Shown here: positions 47,846 through 57,199 of the stretch, one piece after another
Layout: the number at the start of each line of letters is the position of its first letter
Position numbering within the stretch: position 1 is the first letter of the stretch
Assembly (NCBI GenBank): GCA_902566305.1
Contig: CACFIK010000001.1
Coordinates: forward strand, 29,205 to 93,204
DNA from: an uncultured SAR86 cluster bacterium
GTDB taxonomy: Bacteria; Pseudomonadota; Gammaproteobacteria; Magnimaribacterales; AG-339-G14
DNA: 64,000 nt
Direction of reading: 5' to 3'
Program-made: the position numbers and the translations under genes
The notes under the pieces: model-generated
Database searches by the model: none
What the model was told of the DNA's origin: nothing
The model's input: the letters and a program-made list of their open reading frames with translations, nothing else

Positions 47846-49519
47846 ATGGAACAAGCAAACTTCGGAAAACTTCTAGACGAGAGTCTATCGACATTAGATT
47901 TTCAAATAGGAACTATCATTACCGGAGTTATAGTAGACCTGAAACCCGACTGGGTTACTGTTCACGTTGGTCTAAAATCAGAGCCGGTTCTCGCTAGAAG
48001 TGAATTTTTAGCTGACGAATCTGATAAGGAGCTTGAGATAGGTGATGAAGTAAAAGTTACTTTAGAGGCTGTCGAAGACGGTTATGGCGAGACCAGGGTT
48101 TCAAGATTACGTGCAATGCACGATGAAAGTTGGCTTAATTTAGAGGAATCACTCAAAACAGGCTCAATAGTCAAAGGATACATAACCGGCAAAGTTAGAG
48201 GCGGAATGACCGTAGACGTAGCAGGAGTTAGAGCTTTTCTGCCTGGTTCTCTTGTCGATTCAAAACAACTTGAAAGTTTTGATCAATTAGAAAAAACTTT
48301 TCAAGACTTTAAGGTCATCAAATTAGACAAAGATAAGTCTAATGTAGTTCTATCTAGAAAAGCTGTTCAAGAAGATATTAATTCTGAGGAAAGAGAGAAG
48401 CTATTTGCAACTATTGAAGAAGGTTCGACAATAGAAGGTACCGTTAAAAATCTAACAGATTATGGAGCCTTTATTGATTTAGGAGGTATTGATGGCCTCC
48501 TGCACATCACTGACATTACATGGAAAAGAATTAATCATCCATCTGAGGTTCTTAGTATTGGAGATCAACTTAATTTAAAGGTCACAAATTTTGATAAGGA
48601 GAAATCAAGAATTTCTTTAGGATTGAAGCAAATGTCTTCAGATCCTTGGGAGACAATCGAAACCCTTTATCCAGTTAATTCAGTACATAAAGCCAAAGTT
48701 TCAACTCTTACAGATTATGGTTTCTTTGCTGAGCTTGATAAAGATACTGAAGGTTTGGTGCATGTTTCTGAAATTGATTGGACCAACAAAAACATTCATC
48801 CATCTAAGGTTGTATCTCCAGGGGACGAGGTAGATGTTATGGTTTTAGAACTTGACCTAGAAAAAAGAAGGATTTCCTTAGGAATGAAGCAGTGTCAGGA
48901 AAATCCTTGGCTGATCTTCTCCGAAAACAATTCTGTAGGAGATACTGTCAATGGTTCTGTTAAATCCATAACTGATTTCGGAATGTTCGTTGGTCTTGAC
49001 GGTGATATTGATGGATTAGTTCATCTATCGGACTTGTCTTGGACAGAAGCAGAAGAAAATGCGGTTCAAAATTTTCAAAAAGGCCAAGATGTTCAAGCTC
49101 TTATTTTAGCCATGGATCCATTAAAAGAGAGGATATCTTTAGGCATCAAACAATTAGAAGATGACCCGGTTGAAAACTTCATTAAAGATCATCCAAAAGG
49201 AACTTCTGTTACAGGAACAATCTCAAATATTGAGGATGATATTTTAAAACTAACCGTAAAAGAAAGTATTTCTGTTTTAATGAGAAAAAGAGACTTTATT
49301 GAAGACGAAAGCTCTACACTTGAAGAAGGTAATCAAATTAACTTTTTGATTTCAAACATAGACAGAAAAGAGAGAAAAATCTGGGGCTCCATGAAAGCAC
49401 TTGAAAAAAGTAAAGAAAAAGAAATCTTGAAAGAAAACGAAATGAAAAATAAAGAGATTGAAGAGAGTTCTAAATCTTCAATTGGTGACCTCATTAAAGA
49501 GGAGCTTGAAGATAAGTGA
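47846..49519 (+). CDS. rpsA: 30S ribosomal protein S1
   Basis: 557 aa, six S1 domains (repeated G-x-V...YGAFIDLGG.DGLLHISD-type units). Conserved cmk-rpsA-ihfB order. Confidence 0.97.
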   Translation: MEQANFGKLLDESLSTLDFQIGTIITGVIVDLKPDWVTVHVGLKSEPVLARSEFLADESDKELEIGDEVKVTLEAVEDGYGETRVSRLRAMHDESWLNLEESLKTGSIVKGYITGKVRGGMTVDVAGVRAFLPGSLVDSKQLESFDQLEKTFQDFKVIKLDKDKSNVVLSRKAVQEDINSEEREKLFATIEEGSTIEGTVKNLTDYGAFIDLGGIDGLLHITDITWKRINHPSEVLSIGDQLNLKVTNFDKEKSRISLGLKQMSSDPWETIETLYPVNSVHKAKVSTLTDYGFFAELDKDTEGLVHVSEIDWTNKNIHPSKVVSPGDEVDVMVLELDLEKRRISLGMKQCQENPWLIFSENNSVGDTVNGSVKSITDFGMFVGLDGDIDGLVHLSDLSWTEAEENAVQNFQKGQDVQALILAMDPLKERISLGIKQLEDDPVENFIKDHPKGTSVTGTISNIEDDILKLTVKESISVLMRKRDFIEDESSTLEEGNQINFLISNIDRKERKIWGSMKALEKSKEKEILKENEMKNKEIEESSKSSIGDLIKEELEDK

Positions 49520-49522
49520 TTT

Positions 49523-49810
49523 ATGCAAAAATCAGATCTTCTTGAACAACTTACTACTCAAAATACATCTTTTTCTACCTCCGATTCAAAGATTGCTCTT
49601 GATTCTCTAATTGATCATCTATCAAACCTCCTTTCTGAAAAGCAAAGAATTGAAATAAGAGGTTTTGGGGCATTTTCAGTCAGAGAGAGAAATCCAATCA
49701 GGGGAAGAAACCCAAAATCAGGAAAAGCGATAGAACTAGATAGCAGATCTTTAATTTACTTTAGACCTTCAAAGCTGATTAAAAATAGAATAAATAAATT
49801 GACCTCATAA
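49523..49810 (+). CDS. ihfB: integration host factor subunit beta
   Basis: 95 aa. IEIRGFGAFSVRERNPIRGRNPKSG matches the IHF/HU beta-arm motif. Confidence 0.93.
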   Translation: MQKSDLLEQLTTQNTSFSTSDSKIALDSLIDHLSNLLSEKQRIEIRGFGAFSVRERNPIRGRNPKSGKAIELDSRSLIYFRPSKLIKNRINKLTS

Positions 49811-49836
49811 CTGATATAATTTTTAAAGTTTTTTAA

Positions 49837-50538
49837 ATGGAAAAATTTATCAAGCAGGGGCAAATTATAGTCGGATTAGATTTTGATAATTCGCAAAGTG
49901 CTCTCGAAATAACCAAACTCCTCAATCCCGAAAATTACAAAGTAAAGGTTGGAAACCAACTTTTTACAGCTTGTGGGCCACAAATTTTAGAAGATCTAAA
50001 GAAGCAAGGCTTTGATATTTTTTTAGACTTAAAATATCACGATACACCAAATACAGTTGAGAAAGCTATTTTAGAAGCTTGCAAACATAATGTATGGATG
50101 ACAAACATTCATCTTTCAGGAGGGATGAACATGATTGAGGCTGCAGTAAATGCAAAGAAATCAATTTCATCTGAAATTCTTTTAATAGGAGTTACTGTTT
50201 TAACAAGCCTTGATCAAAAAGATTTATCAGACATTGGAGTCAGAAACGATCTGAGGGATCAAATTATCTCTCTTTTTAATCTAGGAAAAAAGGGAGGAAT
50301 AGATGGAATTGTTTGCTCTCCCAATGACCTTGAATATTTAAAGAAGGAAGAAATGGATTCTTTTATAACTGTTTGTCCAGGAATAAGAGTTAAAGCAGAG
50401 AGCGGGGGTCAAAAAAGAACTTCAACTATTCGTGATGCTATTAATATAGGTGCAGACTACTTGGTAGTAGCGAGAGAAATAATTTCATCCTCAGATCCGC
50501 ATAAAGTTATTAATGAAATTGATTCTTACTTTATTTAA
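49837..50538 (+). CDS. pyrF: orotidine-5'-phosphate decarboxylase
   Basis: 233 aa. Motifs VGLDF and DLKYHDTPNT (E. coli: DLKFHDIPNT). Confidence 0.93.
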   Translation: MEKFIKQGQIIVGLDFDNSQSALEITKLLNPENYKVKVGNQLFTACGPQILEDLKKQGFDIFLDLKYHDTPNTVEKAILEACKHNVWMTNIHLSGGMNMIEAAVNAKKSISSEILLIGVTVLTSLDQKDLSDIGVRNDLRDQIISLFNLGKKGGIDGIVCSPNDLEYLKKEEMDSFITVCPGIRVKAESGGQKRTSTIRDAINIGADYLVVAREIISSSDPHKVINEIDSYFI

Positions 50539-52192
50539 TAGAAATTTATTAATTTTTCTTTTTCTTATTTCTTTGATTAGTTTTTCAAGCTTATCTCTTT
50601 CAAAACATAATGCGGTTGTTGTAACGAGACATCACTTAGCAACTGAAGTTGGTTCAAAAATACTCCAAGAAGGTGGCAACGCTTTTGATGCAGCTATTTC
50701 GGTTGCTTTCGCTTTGGCAGTTGTAAATCCCTCTGCAGGAAATATTGGAGGTGGAGGATTTGCACTACTTTACGATGCGAATAAAAAAACTATCGAATCC
50801 ATAGACTATAGAGAAAGAGCTCCAATTAATGCTAAAGAAGACATGTTTCTTGATGAAAATGGTAATGTCATAAAAGGTTTAAGTACGACATCTTTCTTGG
50901 CTTCTGGAATTCCGGGAACAGTAGATGGCATGTATAACATCCATAAAAAATATGGATCATTTCCCATTAGTAAATTAATCTCACCTGCAATAGATCTTGC
51001 TGAAAAAGGATTTACATTATCGAAATTTCAAGCAAATTACTTTAATAAAAATAGAGATAAATTTTCAAAAAATCCTGAAACAAAGAAAATTTTTGTAAAA
51101 AAGGAAATGTGGAAAAAAGGTGATCTTTTTAAGCAAAAGGACTTAGCAAAAACCCTAAGAAGAATATCCAAGTTTGGAAGAGATGAATTTTATTCAGGCG
51201 AGACAGCAAAAAAAATTATTAGTTATTTTAAAAAAAATGGTGGTATTTTTACTCAAAATGATTTTTTAAATTACCAGTCCAAATTCAAGCCTCCTCTTTG
51301 TTCAACCTTCATAGACTATGATATCTGTTCAATGTCACTCCCAAGCTCAGGAGGTATTGTTCTATCACAATCTCTAAATATTCTAGAAAATTTCGATTTA
51401 ACTTCTTACGACCATGACTCTCTTGAATACAATAGACTTTTAACTGAGGCAATGAGATTTTCATTTGCAGATAGGTCAGAATTTTTAGGAGATGCAGATT
51501 TTAATAATTTTGATATAGGCAAGATAATTTCTAAAAAGTATGCAAAAACCATAGCATCAATAATTAAAAGCTCTAAAAGCAAAGTTAATATTGATTCCCC
51601 AGGAAAATATTTTTTTGAAAGTGAAGAAACAACTCACTTTTCAATAATAGATTCAAACGGAAATGCTGTTTCTAATACCTATACATTAAATACAGCTTAT
51701 GGCTCCGGGATAATTGCAAAAGGAACTGGGATCTTAATGAATAATGAGATGGATGATTTTTCAATAAAACCAGGATTTCCAAATTTCTTTGGTCTAGTAG
51801 GTTCAGATGCAAATAAGGTTGAATCCAGGAAAGCGCCGCTTTCATCTATGACGCCAACAATCGTTTTTCAAGAAGGAAAGCCCCTTTTAATTACTGGCTC
51901 CCCTGGAGGATCTACAATTATATCTACAGTGCTTCAGCTTTTATTAAATGTTTTAATTTTTAATATGGAAATTGATGAGGCATCTAAAGCTAAACGTATT
52001 CATCACCAATGGAAGCCTGATGTTTTATTTATCGAGAAAGAAAAATACTTAAAAGATATTGATGAATTAGGATTTGATACTATTTATAGAGAAAGAATTG
52101 GCGAAACTCATTCTATACTTTTTCAAGAGAATAGATACGAAGGTTTTGCCGACTTAAGAAGACCAGATGGCAAAGCAATATCAGTACACTAA
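50513..52192 (+). CDS. ggt: gamma-glutamyltransferase
   Basis: 559 aa. N-terminal signal-like hydrophobic segment, autoprocessing/nucleophile site EETTHFSIIDSNGNAV, and the GSPGGSTII motif. Confidence 0.92.
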   Translation: MKLILTLFNRNLLIFLFLISLISFSSLSLSKHNAVVVTRHHLATEVGSKILQEGGNAFDAAISVAFALAVVNPSAGNIGGGGFALLYDANKKTIESIDYRERAPINAKEDMFLDENGNVIKGLSTTSFLASGIPGTVDGMYNIHKKYGSFPISKLISPAIDLAEKGFTLSKFQANYFNKNRDKFSKNPETKKIFVKKEMWKKGDLFKQKDLAKTLRRISKFGRDEFYSGETAKKIISYFKKNGGIFTQNDFLNYQSKFKPPLCSTFIDYDICSMSLPSSGGIVLSQSLNILENFDLTSYDHDSLEYNRLLTEAMRFSFADRSEFLGDADFNNFDIGKIISKKYAKTIASIIKSSKSKVNIDSPGKYFFESEETTHFSIIDSNGNAVSNTYTLNTAYGSGIIAKGTGILMNNEMDDFSIKPGFPNFFGLVGSDANKVESRKAPLSSMTPTIVFQEGKPLLITGSPGGSTIISTVLQLLLNVLIFNMEIDEASKAKRIHHQWKPDVLFIEKEKYLKDIDELGFDTIYRERIGETHSILFQENRYEGFADLRRPDGKAISVH

Positions 52193-53963
52193 GACAAAAG
52201 AAATTTTCTCTAAAGAAAAGGAATTACCACAACTTCCGGGTGTCTATAAATTTTATGATGAAAATAATAAAATTCTTTACATTGGCAAAGCAAAGAGTCT
52301 ATCAAACAGGCTGAAGTCATATCTTTCTTTATCAAAAGAAAGAAAAAAAAATGAACTAATTGACAAGATTAAATTTCTTGAAATATTCATCACAAAAACT
52401 GAAAGTGATGCTTTGCTTTTAGAACAAAACTTAATTAGAAAGCTTAAGCCACCTTTCAATGTTCAATTTAGAGATGATAAATCGTTTCCTGCTATTTATT
52501 TTTCTTCTGGTCATGATTTTCCAGGAATTTATTTAACTAGAAATAAAAAACTTAAAGGTGTAAAACTTGGCCCCTATGCAAATGTAACTGCAGCAAGACA
52601 ATCAATTGACCTGACGAGAACATTATTCGGCGTGAGAAATTGTTCGGATATGGTTTTCCAAAACCGAACAAGACCATGTATACAACATCAAATTGGTAAA
52701 TGTTCTGCACCTTGTGTGGAAAAAATATCAAAAAAAAATTATCTTGAAGAAGTAGATGCAGCTATCAAATTTATTGAAGGAAAAGATAAATCTTTTCTGA
52801 ACATCCTGTACTCAAAAATGGATGAATACTCATCTCTAAAAGAGTTTGAAAGAGCAGCACTTTATAGGGATAAGATCAAAGCCTATAGAGATATCCAAAA
52901 AGATCAATCAGTCTTTACCATGTACGATAATGCAGTTGCGATAACTAAGAAATCTAATGAATATGTTTATTGTATTTCTATTTTAGAAATAAAAGATGGT
53001 TGGCTTACAAATGCAGAGAACTATTTTTCAAAAAAAGATAAGCACGTCTCAGAAGAGGAGCTCATGGAAAGCTTTCTTTCAAAGATTTTGATAGAAAAGA
53101 ACTTAGAGAATTTAACTTTATTATCAGATTTTAAGTTTAGTAATTTAAGTTCGCAGCTCAAAAATAAAAAAATAAAATTAGAGGACAAGAATCATAAAAA
53201 TAAAAAAATCTTTGAGTTGGCTTCAATACAATCAGATGATGGTTTACAACGCCAATATAATTATCCTTGGATAACTGAAGCACTTTCTTTAATTGAAGAT
53301 AAAACTCTATCAAAAATAAACAGGATAGAGGGCTTTGATGTTAGTCATTTGTCTGGCGATAATGTTACAGCTTCATGCGTGGTATTCGACAAAGAGGGAC
53401 CGCAAAAAAAACAATATCGAACTTTTAATATAAAAATTAATAAAAATGATGATTACCTCGCAATGAAAGAGGTTTTATCAAGGAGATTCAAAAGACTTGA
53501 AAAAAATGGAAATAATTTCCCAGATTTAGTTGTCATAGACGGTGGTAAAGGACAACTTTCTTCAGCAATAAAGGAAATTGAAAAGTATCAAGATTGCAAC
53601 ACCAAAATACTTTCACTGGTTAAAGGTCCAGACAGAAATTCTAAATACGATGACGTTCTTTATCTTTATGATGGAAAGATTATAAGAATGGATCTTGAAC
53701 TAGAAGGCAAACGCCTTCTTCAATTTGTGAGAGACGAATCGCATAGATTTGCTTTATCTAGGAGCAAAAAAAGGAGAAAAAATGTTACACATTCAACCCT
53801 CGATGAGATTAAAGGGATTGGAAGTAAAAATAAAAAAGTTCTGTTAAGACATTTTGGCGGCATAGAATCCCTTAGGAAAGCAAGCATAGATCAGATAAAA
53901 TCTATCAAAGGCATTGGATCGACGAGAGCTAAATTAATTTACGATCACTTTAATGGACAATGA
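52167..53963 (+). CDS. uvrC: excinuclease ABC subunit C
   Basis: 598 aa. GIY-YIG domain (PGVYKFYDENNKILYIGKAKSL), UVR domain, RNase-H-like endonuclease domain and C-terminal (HhH)2. Confidence 0.95.
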   Translation: MAKQYQYTKTKEIFSKEKELPQLPGVYKFYDENNKILYIGKAKSLSNRLKSYLSLSKERKKNELIDKIKFLEIFITKTESDALLLEQNLIRKLKPPFNVQFRDDKSFPAIYFSSGHDFPGIYLTRNKKLKGVKLGPYANVTAARQSIDLTRTLFGVRNCSDMVFQNRTRPCIQHQIGKCSAPCVEKISKKNYLEEVDAAIKFIEGKDKSFLNILYSKMDEYSSLKEFERAALYRDKIKAYRDIQKDQSVFTMYDNAVAITKKSNEYVYCISILEIKDGWLTNAENYFSKKDKHVSEEELMESFLSKILIEKNLENLTLLSDFKFSNLSSQLKNKKIKLEDKNHKNKKIFELASIQSDDGLQRQYNYPWITEALSLIEDKTLSKINRIEGFDVSHLSGDNVTASCVVFDKEGPQKKQYRTFNIKINKNDDYLAMKEVLSRRFKRLEKNGNNFPDLVVIDGGKGQLSSAIKEIEKYQDCNTKILSLVKGPDRNSKYDDVLYLYDGKIIRMDLELEGKRLLQFVRDESHRFALSRSKKRRKNVTHSTLDEIKGIGSKNKKVLLRHFGGIESLRKASIDQIKSIKGIGSTRAKLIYDHFNGQ

Positions 53964-54523
53964 AAGAAAACACTTTTTTGAAGAGATCAAAAATACTTGA
54001 AGAAAATCAGGATTATTTAACTGAATCTGTTAAAACTATTTCACAGGAGTTTATAGAGGTTATAAATCAAGGAGGAAAGCTAATTTTTGCCGGCAATGGT
54101 GGAAGCGCAGCCGAGGCTCAACATATGTCAGCAGAGTACGTTGGAACGCTAGTAACATCGAATAAAAGAAATCCCATCCCTTCTATTGCTTTATCTGTTG
54201 ATACTTCTTTTTTGACTGCTTGGTCAAATGATCACGGATACGAAGACATTTTCAGAAGACAATTACAAGCGTTAGCGAGAGAAAATGACTGTTTCATTTC
54301 ATATTCAACTTCAGGCGAAAGTATAAATATTCTTAACGCAATTGATTATGCTAATTCTATGAATATAAAAACAATCTCTTTTACGGGAATAAATGAATCT
54401 AGAGCATCTCAAAAGTCTTTTTTTACTTTTAAAGCACCTTCAAGTGAGACAGCAATAATTCAGGAATTGCACACCATAGTAGGTCATGAAATCTGTTCTA
54501 TAATCGATAAAGAATTTTCATGA
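53960..54523 (+). CDS. gmhA: D-sedoheptulose-7-phosphate isomerase (SIS domain)
   Basis: 187 aa. Motifs GNGGSAAEAQHMSAEYVG, STSGES and QELH, matching GmhA. ATGA overlaps with both uvrC and pgsA. Confidence 0.85.
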   Translation: MKENTFLKRSKILEENQDYLTESVKTISQEFIEVINQGGKLIFAGNGGSAAEAQHMSAEYVGTLVTSNKRNPIPSIALSVDTSFLTAWSNDHGYEDIFRRQLQALARENDCFISYSTSGESINILNAIDYANSMNIKTISFTGINESRASQKSFFTFKAPSSETAIIQELHTIVGHEICSIIDKEFS

Positions 54524-55032
54524 TCCCAAATTTAATATCTCTATCAAGGATATTTTTTATATTTCCTATCATCTTATTTCTTGTAATGAATGATGTTCAT
54601 TTAGCTCTTCTATTCTTTTTGATAGCAAGTTTCACTGATTTTTTAGATGGATATGCTGCAAGATATCTAAAACAAGAATCTGTTTTAGGTGCTAACTTAG
54701 ACCTTTTGGCAGATAAAATTTTTGTTAGCAGTTTATTAATTTTTATATCTTTTCATTTCGATAATCTTATTTTTTTAATGATGACAATATTAATCATTGC
54801 CAGAGAAATCTCTATTGGAATCATACGCCAACACTCATTGGAGACAAGTAACGAAAATAAAGCTAAAGTTAATTTTCTTGGCAAATTCAAAACTTTTTTT
54901 CAAATTTTTACCATCGGGCTTGCAATGATCTTCTTGGATTCTAAATTTGATCAAATTGTAGAGATCTTTGTGATTATTACAGCTGTTTTGTCTTGGTTAT
55001 CTCTTCTTAACTACTCTTATGCCAAAAGTTAG
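54520..55032 (+). CDS. pgsA: CDP-diacylglycerol--glycerol-3-phosphate 3-phosphatidyltransferase
   Basis: 170 aa. CDP-alcohol phosphatidyltransferase motif DFLDGYAARYLKQESVLGANLDLLADK. Conserved position downstream of uvrC and upstream of tRNA genes. Confidence 0.9.
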   Translation: MIPNLISLSRIFFIFPIILFLVMNDVHLALLFFLIASFTDFLDGYAARYLKQESVLGANLDLLADKIFVSSLLIFISFHFDNLIFLMMTILIIAREISIGIIRQHSLETSNENKAKVNFLGKFKTFFQIFTIGLAMIFLDSKFDQIVEIFVIITAVLSWLSLLNYSYAKS

Positions 55033-56131
55033 AAATATCCCTTTCATTGATCTTAGTCTAAAGAAAACAGACCTAGACAAAACAATTAGCAATATTTCTA
55101 AACTTATCAAAGAAAAAAATTTTATCGGAGGCAACGAAGTTAAAGGTTTCCAAGAAAATTTTTCAAAGTTTAACAAAAGTAAATATTGTCTTGGGGTAGC
55201 AAATGGAACAGATGCCTTAGAAATTGCTTTAGAAAGTTTAGATATTCCCAAAAACTCTGAAGTCATAGTCCCAAATTTTACCTTCTTATCTCCTGCGGAG
55301 GCTGTTGTGAGAGGGGGTTATAAATTAGTCCTAGCCGATATAAATCTAGATGATTTCACAATTTCAATAGAATCTCTTAAGAAGCTTGTAACAAAAAAAA
55401 CTAGCGCTTTGATAGTAGTGCATTTATTTGGAAACCCATGCGATATGATCGAAATTAAAAAAATTACTGATGAATATGGTATTAAAATTATTGAAGATTG
55501 CTCTCAGGCTCATGGTGCGCAATTCAAAGGAAAAATTGTAGGTAATTTTGGAGATATTGGAACATTCAGCTTTTACCCTACAAAAAATTTAGGAGCATTT
55601 GGAGATTCTGGAGCTATAGTTACAAACAAGAAAAGTCTTTATGAAAAAGTTCAAAAAATAGCCAATCATGGAAGAGTGGCAACTTATGATCACGTGCTTG
55701 CAGGAAGAAATTCAAGACTGGATTCAATTCAAGCTTCGGTGTTAAATTTTAAAATTCAAAATTTAAATAAACATAATGAATTAAGAATTGAACAAGCCTC
55801 TTATTTAATAAAGGCAATCAACTCATCAAACATAAGAACTCCTAAATTAACATCAGATCAGTGGTCTGTATTTCATCAGTTTCCAATTTTATCTAGAGAC
55901 AGAAAATCTCTAATGTCTTTTTTAAGAAAAAAAGGAATTAATTGTGGAATCTATTATCCAAAGCCATTAAGTAAAATGAAGGCCTTTAGCAATATCGATT
56001 CGAGAAGAAAAGTTCATTCAAAAAACTCTGAAATAGCATGCAATAGAATTTTAAGCCTTCCCATCGGTCCTCATTTGAATATAAAAGATTCAGAATACAT
56101 AGCTAATGCTATACAATCATTTTCGAAATAA
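55019..56131 (+). CDS. DegT/DnrJ/EryC1/StrS-family PLP-dependent sugar aminotransferase
   Basis: 370 aa. Motifs NGTDALEIAL, EDCSQAHGA and PLP-lysine motif FSFYPTKNLGAFGDSGA. Ends 2 nt before tRNA-Cys. Confidence 0.9.
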   Translation: MPKVRNIPFIDLSLKKTDLDKTISNISKLIKEKNFIGGNEVKGFQENFSKFNKSKYCLGVANGTDALEIALESLDIPKNSEVIVPNFTFLSPAEAVVRGGYKLVLADINLDDFTISIESLKKLVTKKTSALIVVHLFGNPCDMIEIKKITDEYGIKIIEDCSQAHGAQFKGKIVGNFGDIGTFSFYPTKNLGAFGDSGAIVTNKKSLYEKVQKIANHGRVATYDHVLAGRNSRLDSIQASVLNFKIQNLNKHNELRIEQASYLIKAINSSNIRTPKLTSDQWSVFHQFPILSRDRKSLMSFLRKKGINCGIYYPKPLSKMKAFSNIDSRRKVHSKNSEIACNRILSLPIGPHLNIKDSEYIANAIQSFSK

Positions 56132-56133
56132 AT

Positions 56134-56207
56134 GGCTGAGTGGCAGAGTGGTTATGCAGCGGACTGCAAATCCGTGTACGCCGGTTCGATTCCGACCTCA
56201 GCCTCCA
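56134..56207 (+). tRNA. cysT: tRNA-Cys (anticodon GCA)
   Basis: 74 nt. Acceptor stem GGCTGAG/CTCAGCC, anticodon loop CTGCAAA, T-arm GGTTCGATTCC, encoded CCA end. Layout closely matches E. coli tRNA-Cys. Confidence 0.95.
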
Positions 56208-56233
56208 ATTAATTAGAGAGATTAGTAAGCAAG

Positions 56234-57094
56234 ATGTATAAAATTGGAATAATAGGAAAAGGTTTTGTTGGGTCAGCAGTAGCTCATGGATTTTCTGAAA
56301 GCGTAGGCTATAAAGCTGAAATAAGAATACATGATAAAGATCCATCTAAATCACAAAATTCCCTCGAGGAAGTTATTCGAGAATCTGATTTCATTTTTAT
56401 ATCTGTCCCAACTCCATCAAAAAGCGATGGATCTATCAGTTTAAAAATTCTTACAGGCTGTTTAAGTGATATTTCTTCTATTGCTGAGAAAACAAATTCA
56501 TCTCCAATTATTTTACTCAGATCAACAATTATTCCTGGAACATCTTCAGAAATGCAGAAAAGATTTCCACATCTAAAAATTGTTTTCAATCCAGAGTTTC
56601 TAACAGAAAGATCTGCATATTTTGATTTTCTCAGTCAAACTAGATTTGTGCTCGGAGGAGAAAAAGAAAATGTTGAGAAAGTTGAAACTCTTTATAAACA
56701 TCGTTTTGGAAGAGAAATCGCAGTTATCAAAACAGATTTTGAATCCGCAGAGTTGATAAAATATGTCTGTAATAATTATTTTGCTACTAAAGTTTCTTTT
56801 TTAAATGAGATGAAACTAATTTCAGATAAAATAGATGCAAATTGGGATCATGTGATGGAAGGCTTTCTCCGTGATGGCCGAGTAGGCCATTCTCATACCC
56901 AAGTTCCAGGCCCAGATGGAAAGAGGGGTTTTGGAGGAAGCTGTTTTCCAAAGGACATACAAGCAATGATTAAATTTAGTGAGTCAATAGGTATTGAGCC
57001 GAACGTTTTAAGAGGTTCTTGGAAAACAAACTTAGAAGTAAGGCCTGAAAAAGATTGGGAAAATTTAAAAGGGAGAGCCATAGAAGATGATTGA
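56234..57094 (+). CDS. UDP-glucose/GDP-mannose dehydrogenase-family protein lacking the C-terminal UDP-binding domain
   Basis: 286 aa. Rossmann motif IGIIGKGFVGSAV, NPEFLTERSA, and catalytic Cys motif GFGGSCFPKD at residue 237. The protein ends 49 aa after that Cys, and the stop lies 6 nt before tRNA-Leu. Confidence 0.75.
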   Translation: MYKIGIIGKGFVGSAVAHGFSESVGYKAEIRIHDKDPSKSQNSLEEVIRESDFIFISVPTPSKSDGSISLKILTGCLSDISSIAEKTNSSPIILLRSTIIPGTSSEMQKRFPHLKIVFNPEFLTERSAYFDFLSQTRFVLGGEKENVEKVETLYKHRFGREIAVIKTDFESAELIKYVCNNYFATKVSFLNEMKLISDKIDANWDHVMEGFLRDGRVGHSHTQVPGPDGKRGFGGSCFPKDIQAMIKFSESIGIEPNVLRGSWKTNLEVRPEKDWENLKGRAIEDD

Positions 57095-57100
57095 TTATTT

Positions 57101-57187
57101 GCCCGGGTGGTGGAATTGGTAGACACAAGGGACTTAAAATCCCTCGAAGGCGACTTCGTGCCGGTTCAAGTCCGGCCCCGGGTACCA
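57101..57187 (+). tRNA. leuZ: tRNA-Leu (anticodon UAA)
   Basis: 87 nt. Acceptor GCCCGGG/CCCGGGT, D-arm GGTGGAATTGGTAGACAC, anticodon loop CTTAAAA, long variable arm, T-arm GGTTCAAGTCC, encoded CCA. Very similar to E. coli leuZ. Confidence 0.95.
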
Positions 57188-57199
57188 CTTATCTAAGTT

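Noticed and set aside
49812-49820. TGATATAAT extended -10-like sequence 16 nt upstream of the pyrF ATG
   Set aside because: It would leave only a leader of roughly 10 nt with no SD. Such AT-rich hexamers are frequent here, so I did not report it as a feature.
56100-56134. Search for the tRNA-Gly (glyW) that precedes tRNA-Cys in the E. coli pgsA-glyW-cysT-leuZ array
   Set aside because: The DegT coding sequence runs to 56131 and tRNA-Cys starts at 56134. No tRNA-like sequence is present between pgsA and tRNA-Cys.
56109-56345. 78-aa minus-strand ORF spanning tRNA-Cys, and a 70-aa minus-strand ORF (56976-57188) spanning tRNA-Leu
   Set aside because: Both overlap high-confidence tRNA genes and plus-strand CDSs. 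The Pro/Arg/Gly-rich segments are just the reverse translation of the GC-rich tRNA sequences.
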